NCBI GenBank assembly: GCA_013265495.1
Contig: MU057503.1
Coordinates: 496,001-560,000, forward strand
Direction of reading: 5' to 3'
Source of the DNA: Vicugna vicugna
Taxonomy: Eukaryota
Length of the DNA: 64,000 bases
This document shows positions 25,861 to 39,140 of this stretch, in pieces. The position numbers and the translations under genes are program-made. The notes beneath the pieces are model-generated. The model had not been told where the DNA came from. It made no database searches and was given only the letters and a program-made list of their open reading frames with translations. The number at the start of each line of letters is the position of its first letter. Within the stretch, counting starts at the first letter, position 1.

Positions 25861-28800
25861 AAAGTAAAAATATTCTTGTGTGAAACGAGAAGGCACACTC
25901 CAGGGCAGGAAATGCTTCGTAAAATCTTCTAACTAGAAAAACTGTATATGAATTAATTGTTTTAATGTTTAGACCTCTCAGTACACGAGAAGAAGTTATC
26001 AAAATGAGGATTTTCAGCATTCAACGTAAATCTTTTTTAAAAATTGAATAATCTCTCCTCTTTCTTGCCCTTGGGAGGGGGAGAACCTCATCAGATTATA
26101 GAGGAGGACTGGAAGCCTTGCATTTCAAGATGATTTATCATGATAGAAGTCTAAGGTCATGAATGAAATGAAATTAATAATGTCAGCCAAGCCACTGGTG
26201 ATCACTAACGGTCACACTAACGGTCAAATGAGACGGCTCTTCCAGAGCCAAGGCTGGCTGCCTGATTTATAGTGCAGAAGCGGAATTTTCTGGTTTGGGT
26301 TTAAGACAATAATAAAGGAAAAATGTGAAATGGCTGAGGCCTAAATATGTAGGGGTCAGAGTCTTTCATAAAGAATACTCTCCATCTTAATTGCTCCTTA
26401 AAAATCTCAAAGCAGCAAAAGCCAAGCCTGTATATACAGGCAGCTACAGAATTGGATATTAAATAAAATTCCGTCTGGTTTCTGTGGATGTCAAGGAGGA
26501 GTCACATTTAAATTTCTACACGGGGGCGCTCATCTGCCAGAGAAGGAGCATGCCCCCCCAAAACAGCTTTAAAATGGTAAAATGTAGATCTTAAGATAAA
26601 GGAGCCACATGGAAACCAGAATACTGATAGAGATATTAAACAAAATTGCCTAGATCTGTCAACTCTATAACAGTTTAATGTATAGAATAAGGGGTAAAAA
26701 GTGTTCATTTACATAAAACATATAAGGTTTCCGTATTCATATGCCTAATGCTGCTTCTTCCCAAGTGAAAATCTGGGGAAAGGTATTCATTTGTAGAGAG
26801 AATAACTCAAGTCAGCAGAAAGGATTCGCCTGCAGATCTTCAATCTCTTTTTGCTTCTGCAAGTGGGATGGAGAAATTTTATAAAAGGCCACAGTAGTCC
26901 CGATGGCAGGATGGCCATGAAGAAGTTCTTCATATATAGTTATATTTGAAAACTACGAAGTTTTATCTTGTCTCCGATCCAGGCCCTGTTGTAAGCACTA
27001 CAAGTGTTCACTTGTTAATCCTCATCCCAATCCTGTGAGGGTCCTGTAATTACCCTAGTTCACAGATAAAGCAGCTTAAGCACGAAGACAATCTGTGGAT
27101 AAGTTTTGCCCAAGTAAACCTCAGTGAATCCTACCAGCCTCTCTCAAAGCATATTTAGCCTCAACATACTTAAAGGATGTATGACATTATCTTGTTTCCT
27201 CACACTGAGATCAATTCTCAAGGGACCCTGTGGGTAGATGGTTCCAGCTTATGCGCCCAACTTTTTATTCAGAATATTTTGTAGGACCAGGGCTTTTCCA
27301 TATGTGTAGCAACTGCACAGAAAGACTGATTTCTTTTTTTTTTAAAGGAGAATAAGTAGGAATTCCTTCTCATAATGATTTTGTTCCGCTGTGTGGAATG
27401 CATTTTCTTAGGTCTGCACAGTAGGTTTAGAGTGCCTCCACGCCAAGTCTCTAACCCTCCCAATCTGGAATAAACGAAACACGCATTTATATTCATTTTC
27501 AAAATAAGGCGCTGGAAGTGGTGAGGTTCAATTATAAAGGCTAATGTCTTCAGAGTCTTCCCTAAAGCCAGGCAGTGCTTGTAGGGCAGCCAAGTGTCAG
27601 TTCTGCCCCTGAAGCCCTGGGCAGTGCCAGTTTCACACTAAAATTCTTCTGGCTTCTTCTTGATGCAGCCGATAGTAAATAGGAAAAATGTCAACCACTC
27701 TAGCCTGCCATTTTTTAATTCAAGATTTTGAGACTCATACGCAGTTCTGCGAAAGGGGTTAAACGGGGAAAGAGGTGCGATTGGAGTGGATTTGTCCAAG
27801 ACTGCGTCATCAAGCAAAGCAGAGTGGTGGGGAAGCTGCCTCCCTGTGACTGAAGCCAGGCTCTCGGGCTTAACAACCTGCTCCCAAGGTCAGGGGTGAG
27901 GTCGAAGTGGAGGGTCCGCTGTTTTCACTCACTCACACACTCGATCATAGCTGCCTGTCTTAAAAGCAGGTTTAGGCTTAAAGCATATTCTTCTTGGGAG
28001 ATAATTCTTGAGAATGAAAAACTCCCGAAGAGCCAAGAGGCACACACTGTCCACTCGAAACCCTTCCAAGCTCAGGCACCAGGGAAACAGCAGACAAACC
28101 AAACCAGACGCAGTGTAGAAGGCTGGGGGCGGTCCCAAGGACAACGCAAGACGGCACCTCAGATAACGAAGCACGTGCGGGTATCAAATGCGCATTTGAA
28201 ACCCACTCCCATCCCCTCTCTCCACTGCCCTTGATGATAAACAGCTGCAGGCTTGAGTTATCTACGAGGACAGACGTGCATTAGTTGAAGGTTGGATGAT
28301 CCCGGCACATCCTCATGTAATCCAATCAGAGTTTATAAATTTGTCTCGGAGGAGAAGCCGCTACTCCCACACCTCGGGGCTCTAAGGTTCCCCGTCAAGG
28401 GAGATCCATGTCTGGCTGTCACTTGGAGCACATCACTCCAGGCTGACATGATTTTTCTAGAGGCCACAGTATCAGAGCAGTAAACTCTGCCAAGAAACAC
28501 CCACAAACCAGACTGCTTTCCCTCCTGTCTGGGCCTTGACTCCATCAAAACAGCCATCGAGCTTGGTGGACCCCTTAAATATCTCATTTCAATCACCCTG
28601 GAAACGTTAATAAAGTCACCTAAAACCCAGCAAGAGAAGAACAAGGCGTGTTCGTGACTATCGGACCATCAGCTCTCCCCGGGTGCTGGGGCACAAGTGC
28701 ATGGCCCGTGACCCTCTCAGCGCACACCTGCCACAGGCCATGTGAACATGTCAAACCCTCAAGCCTGCTTGATTAATCACCCAGCACAAGAATCTACAGA

Positions 28801-30604
28801 ACAAAGTTCACATTACCCGGAGAGCTGTTATGAAGGGCCCTCTGAGGTCAGGATTCAAGACCAAACAAAATTAACGTGCCTGCCACATCCATCACTTTAT
28901 AATCTGCTTCCAGCTCTGTAATCCCTGAGCGTCTGGACTGTGCATACCAAGAACATTCTTGCTTGACGTGGATCAAACGGTTCATGTACAAAGGGCTCTG
29001 ACCCCTCTCCCCACACCTCCAAGAAAATCATTAACCATTTCTGCAAGTCAAACAGCCCTGGGACTGCAGGCATCTGCTCAAAGCAAGTCCCTGGGGACCC
29101 AGAAGTTTTCATGATCTCTCACAAGTGTTTCTTGAGACATCATGAGAATAAAACTCGATTTGACCTCAGAATAAAGAGTACACTGTTAACTTCCAGTGAT
29201 GTCCTAACTCGTTTAGATCGCGTAAAGGAGACTACAGCTATCATTAAACAGAACTGTTTCACAACTAGTTCAAGGGAACTGATGTTTCCAAAAAATGAAC
29301 TGGTAGGATTAGATGCACCTAAATTTGTAAGATATCTCCTGTATTTGATGTCATTATGAGATTACTTTTTATTTTGATCTCAGAATATATAATAAGTATT
29401 TCAATATTTCTCCTATACATTTCACTCAGGAGAAAAGGAGATTCAGAGACATCGTGTGAGGGACTTGAGGTCACACAGCTCTTGCCTGGGCGGGGCCGGG
29501 AGAAATCCACATCACACTTCTGTTTTCCTTTCATAATTGATATCATTTTCAAGATTTTAGGCTATAAACTGCCTAACTCTCAAAAACTTTACATAAAGAT
29601 TTCACCACAAAGTTATTTTGTCTGTCAATCCCCTAATTCTCTCAAATACTTCACCCCAAAGATTCACATCACAGAGCATGTGAATATTATTACTGGAATT
29701 ATCCATTTCAAAGCATACATTCCTAGACGCCCAACAGGACAGGAGGCTGGACAGCCAGGGTATCTTATGTTTTGGTCATTTATACTCCTGTTGCCTGGGG
29801 AGAAAAGTTTTTGTTTATAAATTAGAGAAACCTACGTAGTTTAGGAGTCAGGGTTAAAAAGAATGGGGGCAGTGCTTTTACCTTCTAGACATTCAGATAT
29901 TAGGCTCAGTTCTGTGGGTTCATGGTGTCCATGCTGATTATGCAAGGGTGACACCAAAATACACATTAATTTTAGAAACATCAGGAGTGATTCTTAAATA
30001 AAAATAAAGGGAAAATGCCACTGTGGTTTGCAGGCCAGCAGAATCTGAAGTGGCAAGACTGGTTCATTCTCCAATAACCAAGTGAGTGTTATGCGGCACC
30101 AAAGAAGTCCACACATGTTATGTCACTTCATCCTCACAGTTGCCTTCTGGGGTTCTCTGTGCCCGTTACCGACAGTGCCGCTGGGGAATCGGGCAGGGGC
30201 CCGGTAGAAATCACAGACACAGTCGTGTGACGAAGCTGAGCTCTGAAGCCACACGCCTCTTATTCCAACCATCTCCAAATAGACCACCAGTATTGGGATG
30301 TGAATCTGAAAACTGCCAGCCTCTCCTCCCTCCCAAAAAGTTCATGCTGTAAGCTCTTGGTACCGTTCTTGCCACATGAAAATGTGAAAGTGTTTCAAAA
30401 CAAAGAAGTCCATCTGCTATTACTCACTGCCTTCAGCCAGAGTAAACAGGAGATGGTTTCTCTTAAGCGGCACGGAGGTGATGAAGACAGGGTGCAGTCG
30501 AGGCTGGGGAGGCAAAGGCCAGGTGCCTCCGTGAGAGGTTTCAGGAGAGGGAGCGGGGAAGTCCTGTGTGGTGATGATCAGACATCAAGACAAACTGGCT
30601 CCTC

Positions 30605-31200
30605 CAGTCAACAAATTCTGATTCAGTGTCTCCTCTGTGCTGGCTACTGACGCTATCAAGTGTCTAAGGGAGGGGCCTGCCCTCCAGGACTCAGTCTGGA
30701 AGGGGAGACAGAGCTCAGAAGAAGCAATACAATACCCCACGCTGGGGGCTTCTACATGGTGCTGTGTGAGCACTGGGGACGGACCCCTGGGAGGTAAGGG
30801 GACACTTCCTGGAGGAAGTGACATTTCTGTTGGGAGTCTCAAAGGACAAGGAGTCTTCCTGGCAGAGAAGAGGGGAAGGATCATCCTGGCAGAGCATATT
30901 TCCAAAGGCATGGAGGTCGGAGAGATCACAATGTGTCCTGAGAACAAAAGATCAAAGCCGCAGCCCAGGATGCACGGTGGCACTGGCAGGGTTAACGGTG
31001 AGATGATGCTGGAGAGGCAGATGGGAACCCCGATTCTGGGTTGGCCGAGTGTGGCCAGCCTTCTGTCCACCATGGGAGCCAATGGTTTTTAGGCAAAGCC
31101 GTGACAAGGTCCATGTGAAGGTCACATGGGGCTTTGTGTAAGGTGGATTGGAGAAAGTTAAGCAGGTAGCAAGGGGGCTGGAGGTTATGAACTCTACTTG
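30605..31200 (-). mobile_element. L2 LINE fragment
   Basis: Contains cagtcaacaaattctgattcagtgtctcctctgtgct, cctgccctccaggactcagtctgg, cttcctggaggaagtgacattt and caaaggcatggagg. Confidence 0.78.
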
Positions 31201-32517
31201 CAAGGACCCTGTAGCTCTCTCCTTTATAAGTGACAGGTCAAGGTCTGGAAAGGTTAAGAGACTTGCAACAAAGCTAACAAAGCTGCCCAGCTGGTGCGTA
31301 AGAGTGGGATGAGGATGGGGTCCCACGGGCTGCAATTCCCTTCCTCCCACCGAGACTGCCAAACACAGGAAGGGCTCTAATCCTGGGCCCCCCAGAGTGG
31401 CTCCAGGTTTATCCACTTGAAAACAGCAAGATAAATTTGAAAATAATTGTTGGCCAAAGCCTGAAGAAACGTTTTTACCTTGGTTCTAAATTCTTGCAGT
31501 CTTATGTACCAGGTAACTACCAAAACCACACAGCTTAGCTACTGGGTAAAACCAACACAACACAGAGAAGGGAACTGAGGGGAGTGCACGGCTACTTTCT
31601 AAACTGACCAAAGTCCTCAAAGCCCAGCTGTTCCCAAAGGCCAGAATTTAGAGACATGAACCAAGTCCTTCTGGAGAAGGCTGGGTTAATTCTTTCCTAG
31701 GAGCAGAAGGTCACTAACTTAGCCACACTGTCTAAGAAGACAGCTGGTTGGCAGGAAATATTTCATCCACAGAACTACTCTTTACAGATAATCCCCAAAG
31801 ATGCCCACCCCAGAGTAATCCAGGACGATGACCATAGTCACGGAACTGAGATTCTGCCTAACACCCGATCCCCTGGTTTGAGGGCAGGGAATTTATTCTG
31901 TTTCCCAGAAAACTCAAATCTTCAGTGAAGCAAAACTTCTAAGATCTGAAAAACCAAACAGCCCTCCTATAGCCCTCTCGTAATTTTGCTCCAAAGAGGG
32001 GGATCTACATGAATGTGTTTTCAGGGTACACACAGACTTTTCTGCCACCTGCATCTCTGCCCGAGAGCCCTGGAGACTTCGTACCTGAGCACAAAGCAGG
32101 GGTGTATCATCAGCCTCTTGGGCTGCCACCCTCCTCGTGGCGAGGTTCAGCCTCGTCTGAACCCTCTATTTGAGTTAAAGTGAGTAGCAGGCCTAGGAAG
32201 AAGATAGCTGCCTTCTTTAACACGACGTTTCATATTGTACGTGTTAAGCCATTAAAGGAAACAGAGCGTACCATGGTCTTTGATTGGTTACAGATGGGAG
32301 AAAATCAGCCACGGTAATAAATGCATGGAGACGGAGTGGGTCGCTGCACACGGAGCCGGGATGTGTGATCCAGGAGGTGCGTGAGGGGGAGTTAACACCA
32401 TATGTCACTTTACTGCTGTGGGCCTGCACTCATGTTAATAGCAACACATTCCTCCCCAACAGCTCCGACACCATCCCTGACACCACGAGGTGTCTGCCAA
32501 ACCCAGAGGACTCTTAC

Positions 32518-32602
32518 CAGGTACTGAAGCCGCTGGCGCTCAGTCTCGGGGGTGAATTCCGAAGACATGGGGATGATTTCTCCGTTTCTGATGATTATAG
32601 CC
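32518..32602 (-). CDS. PPM1H: PPM1H internal coding exon (human exon 5 equivalent), 85 nt, phase 2 to 0
   Basis: Minus strand reads ttttcaccattgcag|GGCTATAATC...CAGTACCTG|gtaagag. It translates (R)AIIIRNGEIIPMSSEFTPETERQRLQYL, matching from recall the PPM1H segment right after the PP2C NAGDSR motif. Confidence 0.97.
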
Positions 32603-32921
32603 CTGCAATGGTGAAAATGCATGTCAGCGGCCAATGTCGTAAGCACCTGGATTCCGCGATAACGCCACAGCGAGGTCAGAATACACATGCATGCTCAGGG
32701 GATAGTCTTCCTTCCAATCTTCAAGGCACCAGTTCACCGTCACCAACTCTGGATCCCTCACCACACTGTAGGTATCTTTAAGAGCATGACATTCTCATTA
32801 GCTGACATTTACTTTTCCTGCTAGCTTAACGCCCAGCGTCAAGCATGCTACTTGGCACGTAATAGATGCTCAGTGAATAAATGGCTGGGTCAATGATTCA
32901 TGCACAGAGGCTCACTCTACA

Positions 32922-33140
32922 CTAGTGCTCTCCCATCGAACTTTCTGTGATCATTAAAACTTGTGCTTCAATCTGTGCAGTCCAGTATGGCAGCCACCAG
33001 CCACATCTGGGTCTGGGCATTTGAATTCTGGTTAGCGCAGCCAAGAAACTGAATTTTAAATTTTATTCACATTTAATTAATTCAGCTTTAAGTTAAGCAG
33101 TCGTAAGTGGGCTAGTGTTTGAAGTAGTAGAAGGCAGAGC
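32922..33140 (+). mobile_element. MER3 (hAT-Charlie MITE)
   Basis: Contains gaactttctgtgat, gtccagtatggcagccaccagccacat and gaaactgaattttaaattttatt. Confidence 0.82.
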
Positions 33141-33149
33141 TCCAGGTGA

Positions 33150-33300
33150 CTGGTTACTGTGGGCCAGCAGCACAGGCCTCCCCAGGGAGCTTGCTAGGCA
33201 TGCAGACTCCCAGGTTCCACCACAGACTAATGTATCAGAACCTGCATTGTCGTAAGAGCCCCTGGCGATTCACAGGCACATTACCATCTGAGAGCACCTG
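33150..33300. mobile_element. MER5A-like hAT MITE
   Basis: Contains gggagcttgctaggcatgcagactcccagg, tcagaacctgcatt and gattcacaggcacatta. Confidence 0.72.
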
Positions 33301-35046
33301 ACCTAGACTCCTGAGATTCTAGGGTCATATCCTGGGTCCAGGAGAAACCATTCATCTCATCTTCAAGGGAGGAAATCCATACACTCCCCAAAACGTGCCC
33401 AAGGGTGACCACCGACCCCAGGACTCTTGGAAGAACGGAGCTCCCCAAAGCAGACGTCTAAAGGAGAGGCTTCAGGATGGGTAAGTGTGGAGCAACCTTT
33501 CCTAAGCCTGTTCCCGGTGGAACCTCCTGGGCTCAGCCCTTGTTCTGCAGTGGCTCCTGATAGCACCTCCCTGTTATCGACCTGTTGTGGTCGAAGGCTA
33601 CCATTTCTACGACAAATGCAAGCGGCTTGGGGAACTGCATTCTGTTCAAACCTCAAGGCTCCCTGGTGTCAGGGACGCAGAGACCTGGGGAACCAACGCA
33701 CTTCTCTGTGAAGACCCACAAACACGGGAAATACCATCGATGGGCTCAGCTCTGGGTAGACGCCTCGCTGCCTAGGGGGCTGTATTCTTTGTGCCAAGAA
33801 ACCCTCGGCACCTCTCCCTCCCCCTGGAGAGGCAGGCAGTTCCTGACTTAGAAACTATCCCTGTAAATGGCTGCAGCCGCTTGACCCCTCCCCCACCCCC
33901 TGGCCGCCTGTGCCCCGTTGCTGCTGTCATAGAAACTGGTGGAGGGGGCAGGCAAGGGAGGAGGTGACAACACAAATCTTGGGGGCGTTAAAGAATTTAT
34001 GAATCTAGGAGAAAAATGACCTGTGAGCAAATGGAAAGGTTTGGGGGGCTGACTCTGGAAAGAGGATGCCTCTTGCTGGAACAGTCATATCACTTACTAT
34101 CCTGCTGAAAATAGGACAAATTAAAGATTCTTTCTTGTAAACTTGTAAAATGTAACCATCTCCCAACCCCCAGAAATGGTGATATCCACCATTCACAAAT
34201 CGCTGTAAGTTAATTGAAATTGTCTTTGTCCTATTTATCAGCCGAGACTAAGTTCAGTAAGATAGAGCAGGGTTTTGGCAGAGGACAGAGAAACTTGGGG
34301 GAACTTGAATGAGGGGGCGGTGTCAGGAAGGGCCGGGGTGGGGCCTAACCTGAAAGCAGCAAGAAGGGTCCTGAGAACGTGGGGGGCTAGAGCAAAGTCA
34401 TGCCATAAATTCCCAAGGCAACCTTCTGTTTCAAAATTTTGCTTAAAGCTACTCTTAACTCTTTTTCTTCCTTTTTCCTTCATGGTCTCTGAACTCCAGC
34501 TTCCAGGCTTAGAAAGTTGGATATTAGGAGGGAAGAAAAAGACAGTGAGTAAGACAAGGAAGAAAGGGAAGGTGGAGGATGGGGTGTCAGAGTGGGCCTG
34601 TCGGGAGGAGATGTCACACGCCCAACCAAGCGACAGGAGCTCCTCCTCCAGGACCGGAGTGTCAGGAGGTCGGGGGCCTGGTCTGGTTGTTCACTCTTTC
34701 AATTCCAAATGCTTGGCATCACGCCTGTCACATAGCAGGAGCCTGGTGACTATAACTGAATATAAGAACAGATGAGAGAATTTAGGAGAAGCTTTGCCTT
34801 GAATTTGAGCAAGGAAGAGAGTGGAACTAGGAGGTGGCAGGAGTCCACTTACACAAGGAAAGTGGGGCGGACTTCACAGAGGCGAGAGGAGCCTTCATCT
34901 GCGAACCCCCCTCTCCCTCACCTTCTCCTCCTGACCAGTGCGAGTCCACCCGTCGCTTCCAACCCCAGAGGTCTCCCCTACGTCGCTTATTCCCTCTGTA
35001 TTCCCAGCCCCTCTCCCTACTGGCGCTCTCTACCCAGAGTTCAAAA

Positions 35047-35105
35047 CTATGCTCAAGAAATTGACACATTGTAACTGACTATACACCAATTTTAAAAAAC
35101 AAAAC
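35047..35105 (+). mobile_element. Very short LINE-1 extreme 3' end
   Basis: ctatgc...agaaattgacacattgtaactgactatac followed by an A-rich tail. Confidence 0.6.
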
Positions 35106-35759
35106 ACTGTTGAAAATCAAACAAAATTGAAACCGAAACTGAAAGCAAATGAACAACACTCTCCAATCCGAAACCCACCTTCTCGGGCTGTTCTCTGTTC
35201 TTTCTCAGCCAAGGTTTACACTTAATAATCCACTTTCGGGTCTCTACTTCCTCCCCTCTTGTTGAGCCCTCAGACACAGGTAAATTCACTTCTTAGCCCT
35301 CTGCTCACCCGACTGCTCTCACTAGACACTCAGCGGCCTCTTTGCTGCTCAACCCACTGGGCATGACCTCATTCCCTATCTCCTTGGCAGCCTCTGATGG
35401 TCTCTCCCAGCCCTGGCTTCTGGGACACCGCTCCTCCTGGTTTCCCTCCTACCTCCCAGGACTCTCCCTCCCAGACTCCTCTCCTCCTCTAGTGCCGGGG
35501 GACTGCCGTTTTGTCTCTTTACCCTGCTCCCTGGGCACTCACCTCCTGATGCCCAAGTCCCCGGGATTTGGTTTAGAAGCCTCTCCCACATGCTCCCTGA
35601 GCCTGGAATTCCTTCTAATAAAGTACATATCCCATCCTGTTGCTCATCACTTAACTGTCTGCCTTCCACGCTAGCCTATAAGCTCCTCAGGCAAGAACCA
35701 CGTCTGTCCTGCTCAACACCGGGGCCCCACTACTGCGTACGGTGTCCAGCAGTTACAAG

Positions 35760-35937
35760 CAGGACTGGCTACCTAAGTTCCAGGGTCCAGTGCCAACTGA
35801 AAATGCAAGGCCTCTTGCTTAAAAATTAATGAGAATTTTACGACTGTGACAGCAGCGCACTAAGCCAAACGTGCGGGTCTCCTGAGTGGGGGGTCCTGTG
35901 TGACAGTACAGGCCCCACCCTCGTGAAGCTGGCCCTG
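35760..35937 (-). mobile_element. MER45A-like hAT-Tip100 MITE
   Basis: Contains caggactggctacctaa, gaaaatgcaaggcctcttg and gtgaagctggccctg. The termini caggactggct / agctggccctg form imperfect TIRs. Confidence 0.82.
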
Positions 35938-36552
35938 CCTGCATGCCCTTAATATTTACCGAATGAATCAATGGCTTCGACAACAACATATGCTTATGAT
36001 TCCAAATAGCTCTCCAGCCCACACATCCCTGCTGCGCTCCAGCCGGGAGCAGCCGACTGCCAACGGATATGCGCTGGGATACTCGCTGGCATCTCAGACT
36101 CAACATGCTTCAAACTTAATGATGCTACCCCCACCACACCCCCAAATCTGCCCTTCCAGCATTTTCTGTCTCAGGGAACAGCGTTCCTTTCCACACAGGG
36201 CCCATTTCAGACGCCATCTCAGCCTTCTCACCTTTCTCACCCTACACACATCCACGCAGGCAGCGGGTCCTGGGGCTGGCGCCCGCTCCACAGCATGCAA
36301 ATCTGTCCCTGTCCTTGGTTCCTTCTGTTGGTGCCTGGGTTCAGGTCCCCTCCGGGGCTCGTCTGCCTGCCTCAGGAGCTCTCCTCTGCTCTCCCTGCTC
36401 CCAGGTCTGCCCTCCTCTGACCCCGGCACCACAGGGTCACCAAGGTGACTTGAAAGTACTACTCTCATCACGTCATATCCCCTACCTCAAACCAGGGGTG
36501 CTGTCCCAGCCTTCCCCTATTTCCTTCATCATCTGGGTTTTGTCTATATTTC

Positions 36553-36687
36553 CATTTTTAGGGGTGAAGTGGGCTGTTTATTAGGTTTCTTTATTTATTT
36601 TTAGAGGAGGCACTGGGGATTGAACCCACGGCCTCACGCATGCTAAGCACACACTCTACCACTGAGCTGTGCACACTCCTCCACCCC
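36553..36687 (-). mobile_element. tRNA-derived SINE, camelid vic-1-like
   Basis: The minus strand carries an A box (agctcagtggtagag), a B box (gggttcaatcccc) and an aataaataaa...cctaata tail. Eroded TSD at 36533-36552 and 36686-36705 (15/20 identical). Confidence 0.88.
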
Positions 36688-38544
36688 GGGTTCTACCTGT
36701 ATTTCTGGTCTGAGCGTCACGCTAGCTATTCCTTTCGCCCTACCTCTCCCTTCTTCTGGCCAACCTAACCCCTTCTCCAAGTCAGCCCAGGAGAATGCCC
36801 TCCCGGTCGACCTTCGACACCCCTTCTCTGAGAACCCAGAGTGTCACATGCTCGGTGTACCCCAGCCCGTCCCAGTCGTCACGGCGACGGCCGGCCTCTG
36901 TGGCCTGTCTCTAACCACCTGGCGACGTTTTCCAGGCAGAGTCTAAGCCGCGGTCTCTGAATCTCCAGCACTCAGTGCCTGGCCAGTGACAGACACGCAG
37001 TAACTACTTGCTGAGGGTTAAGTGACTAAATACATGAAGAGTAAGCTGGACTTGGATGGGCTAAGAGAGGCTCCCGGAAGAGAAGACCCTAAAGAAGACT
37101 TTTCTTAATACCAAGATCTGTAACTGTCTGTCTACAGTCTGAGCCCTCAAAAATCCGTATGTGTTTTCATTGGTTTTACAAATGGGCCTAAAAGGATGTT
37201 GTTCTGGCTGCAGGACCACTGAAGAGTGACTTGAAAGATAAAGGGAAACTAGGCAGGGCCCTGTCCTTAGCGGGAGCGGGGAGAATACAGCCACCACTAG
37301 GGTTACTGGTTTTCAATTCCAAATTCACACACACAGTAAGGTATCAGCATTCAGTTCTGATATTTACTACTAGGGTAACCCTACCTAACTACTTGCATAA
37401 ATAGGTCATTGTGTCTGAATCCATCTATGTACAGGACAGTCTTCACTTGGTCTGAACTGCCAAGTTCCTCCTTTATGAGACGTCCGTGGAGTAAAGATGG
37501 CAGCATGCTAGGCAGCCAAGTCTTCCAGTCCCTACATCACGATGTCTCTTCCTACGTGATTCCAGCTTCCTTTCGATCTCTCTTTCATCCCTCTGATCCT
37601 GGGATCAATTTGTCAGAGAGCTAGTCTCCCGCCTCGGGGGAGGGCAGTGAGAGGGAAGGGGTTTCAAAGGGAACAGAGTGCACGTGAAGGCTGACAAACC
37701 CTGTACTAAACAACCAATAAAGTAGAGAGATGCCTTTAAAGCCACATTCTCTCATCATAGGATCCTTATAGACGTCATATCTTCTACTTCACTATCTTAC
37801 GAAATGTTTTTCCTAAACAGAAAACAAGAAAGCCACGGCAGCAATGAGCATCAAGGAGAATTAGGCACAGGCTGACCTTTCTTCTGGGGCCTCGGGTCCA
37901 GATCTGGGGATGTGACGGTGGTCAGGGTGACACTGCGTTTACCTACTCAGTGTCTGGCCAGAGACCAGGTGATGTAACCACCTCCCACCTGGTACCCAGC
38001 ACCACACAGAGTGGGCGGCTCCTGAACACATTCCCCAAAGCTAAGCCTCTCATTCACAGACACTGTGATTCATATTTCCATGCTTTCATTTCTTATCCAG
38101 TATAACAGAAGGGGCAGCATTCGTGACACAGTGAGTGATAAGGTTTAACGCATTTTGTGAGTCAACTGCAAGGATGGGAGAAGAGGAGGTAAAGCAAAAA
38201 CATTAACAGTTTTTAAGCCCTCACTTCCCCACATTCGCTGCACAAGATAAGATAAGGCGCGCGAGAGGATAAGAACAATTTATTCCTAACTGATGAGAAT
38301 TCTGAGCTCAGGAAACAGGTTCTAGAAAATTCTGCTACTTATATCCACCAGTGTCACCATATGGGGTCAAAAAGACCTACTTTTTGTTCCACACACTGGT
38401 CAAAAGGTTAACTGGTCAAGAGAAAAATAAAGGACCGAATGGGATGCGCGTTTCAGGTATTTGATCAATTGTACAACTTCTCTTCAGGAGATCACACTCA
38501 CTCCTGTCAAACCCATCTCAGAGCAGGAGGGACCTTCTCCAAAA

Positions 38545-39140
38545 GGCATCTGACAAACAAGCAAAAGAAAACAGATATAAAAGATGCGATCAGGCAAGTG
38601 ACAGGAGGGAAAATGCAGACATTCAATCAACACGTGAAAGGAAGCTCCGCCTCACTCGTCCAGGAAAAGGCCACTTAAAGTAAAAATTATGTAATTTCTG
38701 CTCATCAGGTTGGTAAACATTTATTGCAAAAATTAACAACATACAGCAGCTCTCCTAGGGTGAAGGGAAAAAGTCATTCTCATAATTAAAGGGGATGTGA
38801 ATCATGACCCCTTTTAAATCTCCTTCAGTTGTAACTACATAACCAATGCCTCAGCCATTCTACTTTGGGGAATATGCCCTAAAGAAATAAAAGGCTCAGT
38901 ACAAGTCAGCGATTCATTCTTAACATTATTTGTTGTGGCAAAGACTGGATACAGTGTGAATGTCTATCAATAGGGGAATTGTTGAGCGGATGGTTTGTAA
39001 TATGTGAGATATTACACAATCACACACACACACAAATCCGAAACCAAGAGTTGAGTCTACATTTTGTGTACTTTTAAGTAAGAAAAGCATGTTGTAGAGT
39101 AATGTGTGGTATAACCCCATTTTTGTAAAAACAAAAACTA
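38545..39140 (+). mobile_element. Ancient LINE-1 ORF2 3' fragment (L1ME-like)
   Basis: Decayed ORF2 C-terminal peptide (KDAIRQVTGGKMQTFNQHVKGSSASL versus recalled [26 protein letters not shown]), plus cagccattctactttggggaatatgccctaaagaaa. Confidence 0.7.

Larger units (their letters stand above)
35300..37030 (+). mobile_element. L2 fragments interrupted by MER45A and the vic-1-like SINE
   Basis: Contains cttctgggacaccgctcctcctggtttccctcctacct, gcatctcagactcaacatg and atctccagcactcagtgcctggc. Confidence 0.72.

Noticed and set aside
32284..32781. 165-aa plus-strand ORF antisense to exon 5
   Set aside because: It has a non-ATG start and no recognisable homology, and is probably a chance shadow ORF.
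36605..36680. tRNA gene
   Set aside because: A and B boxes are present, but the A-rich tail, TSD and broken acceptor stem identify a tRNA-derived SINE.
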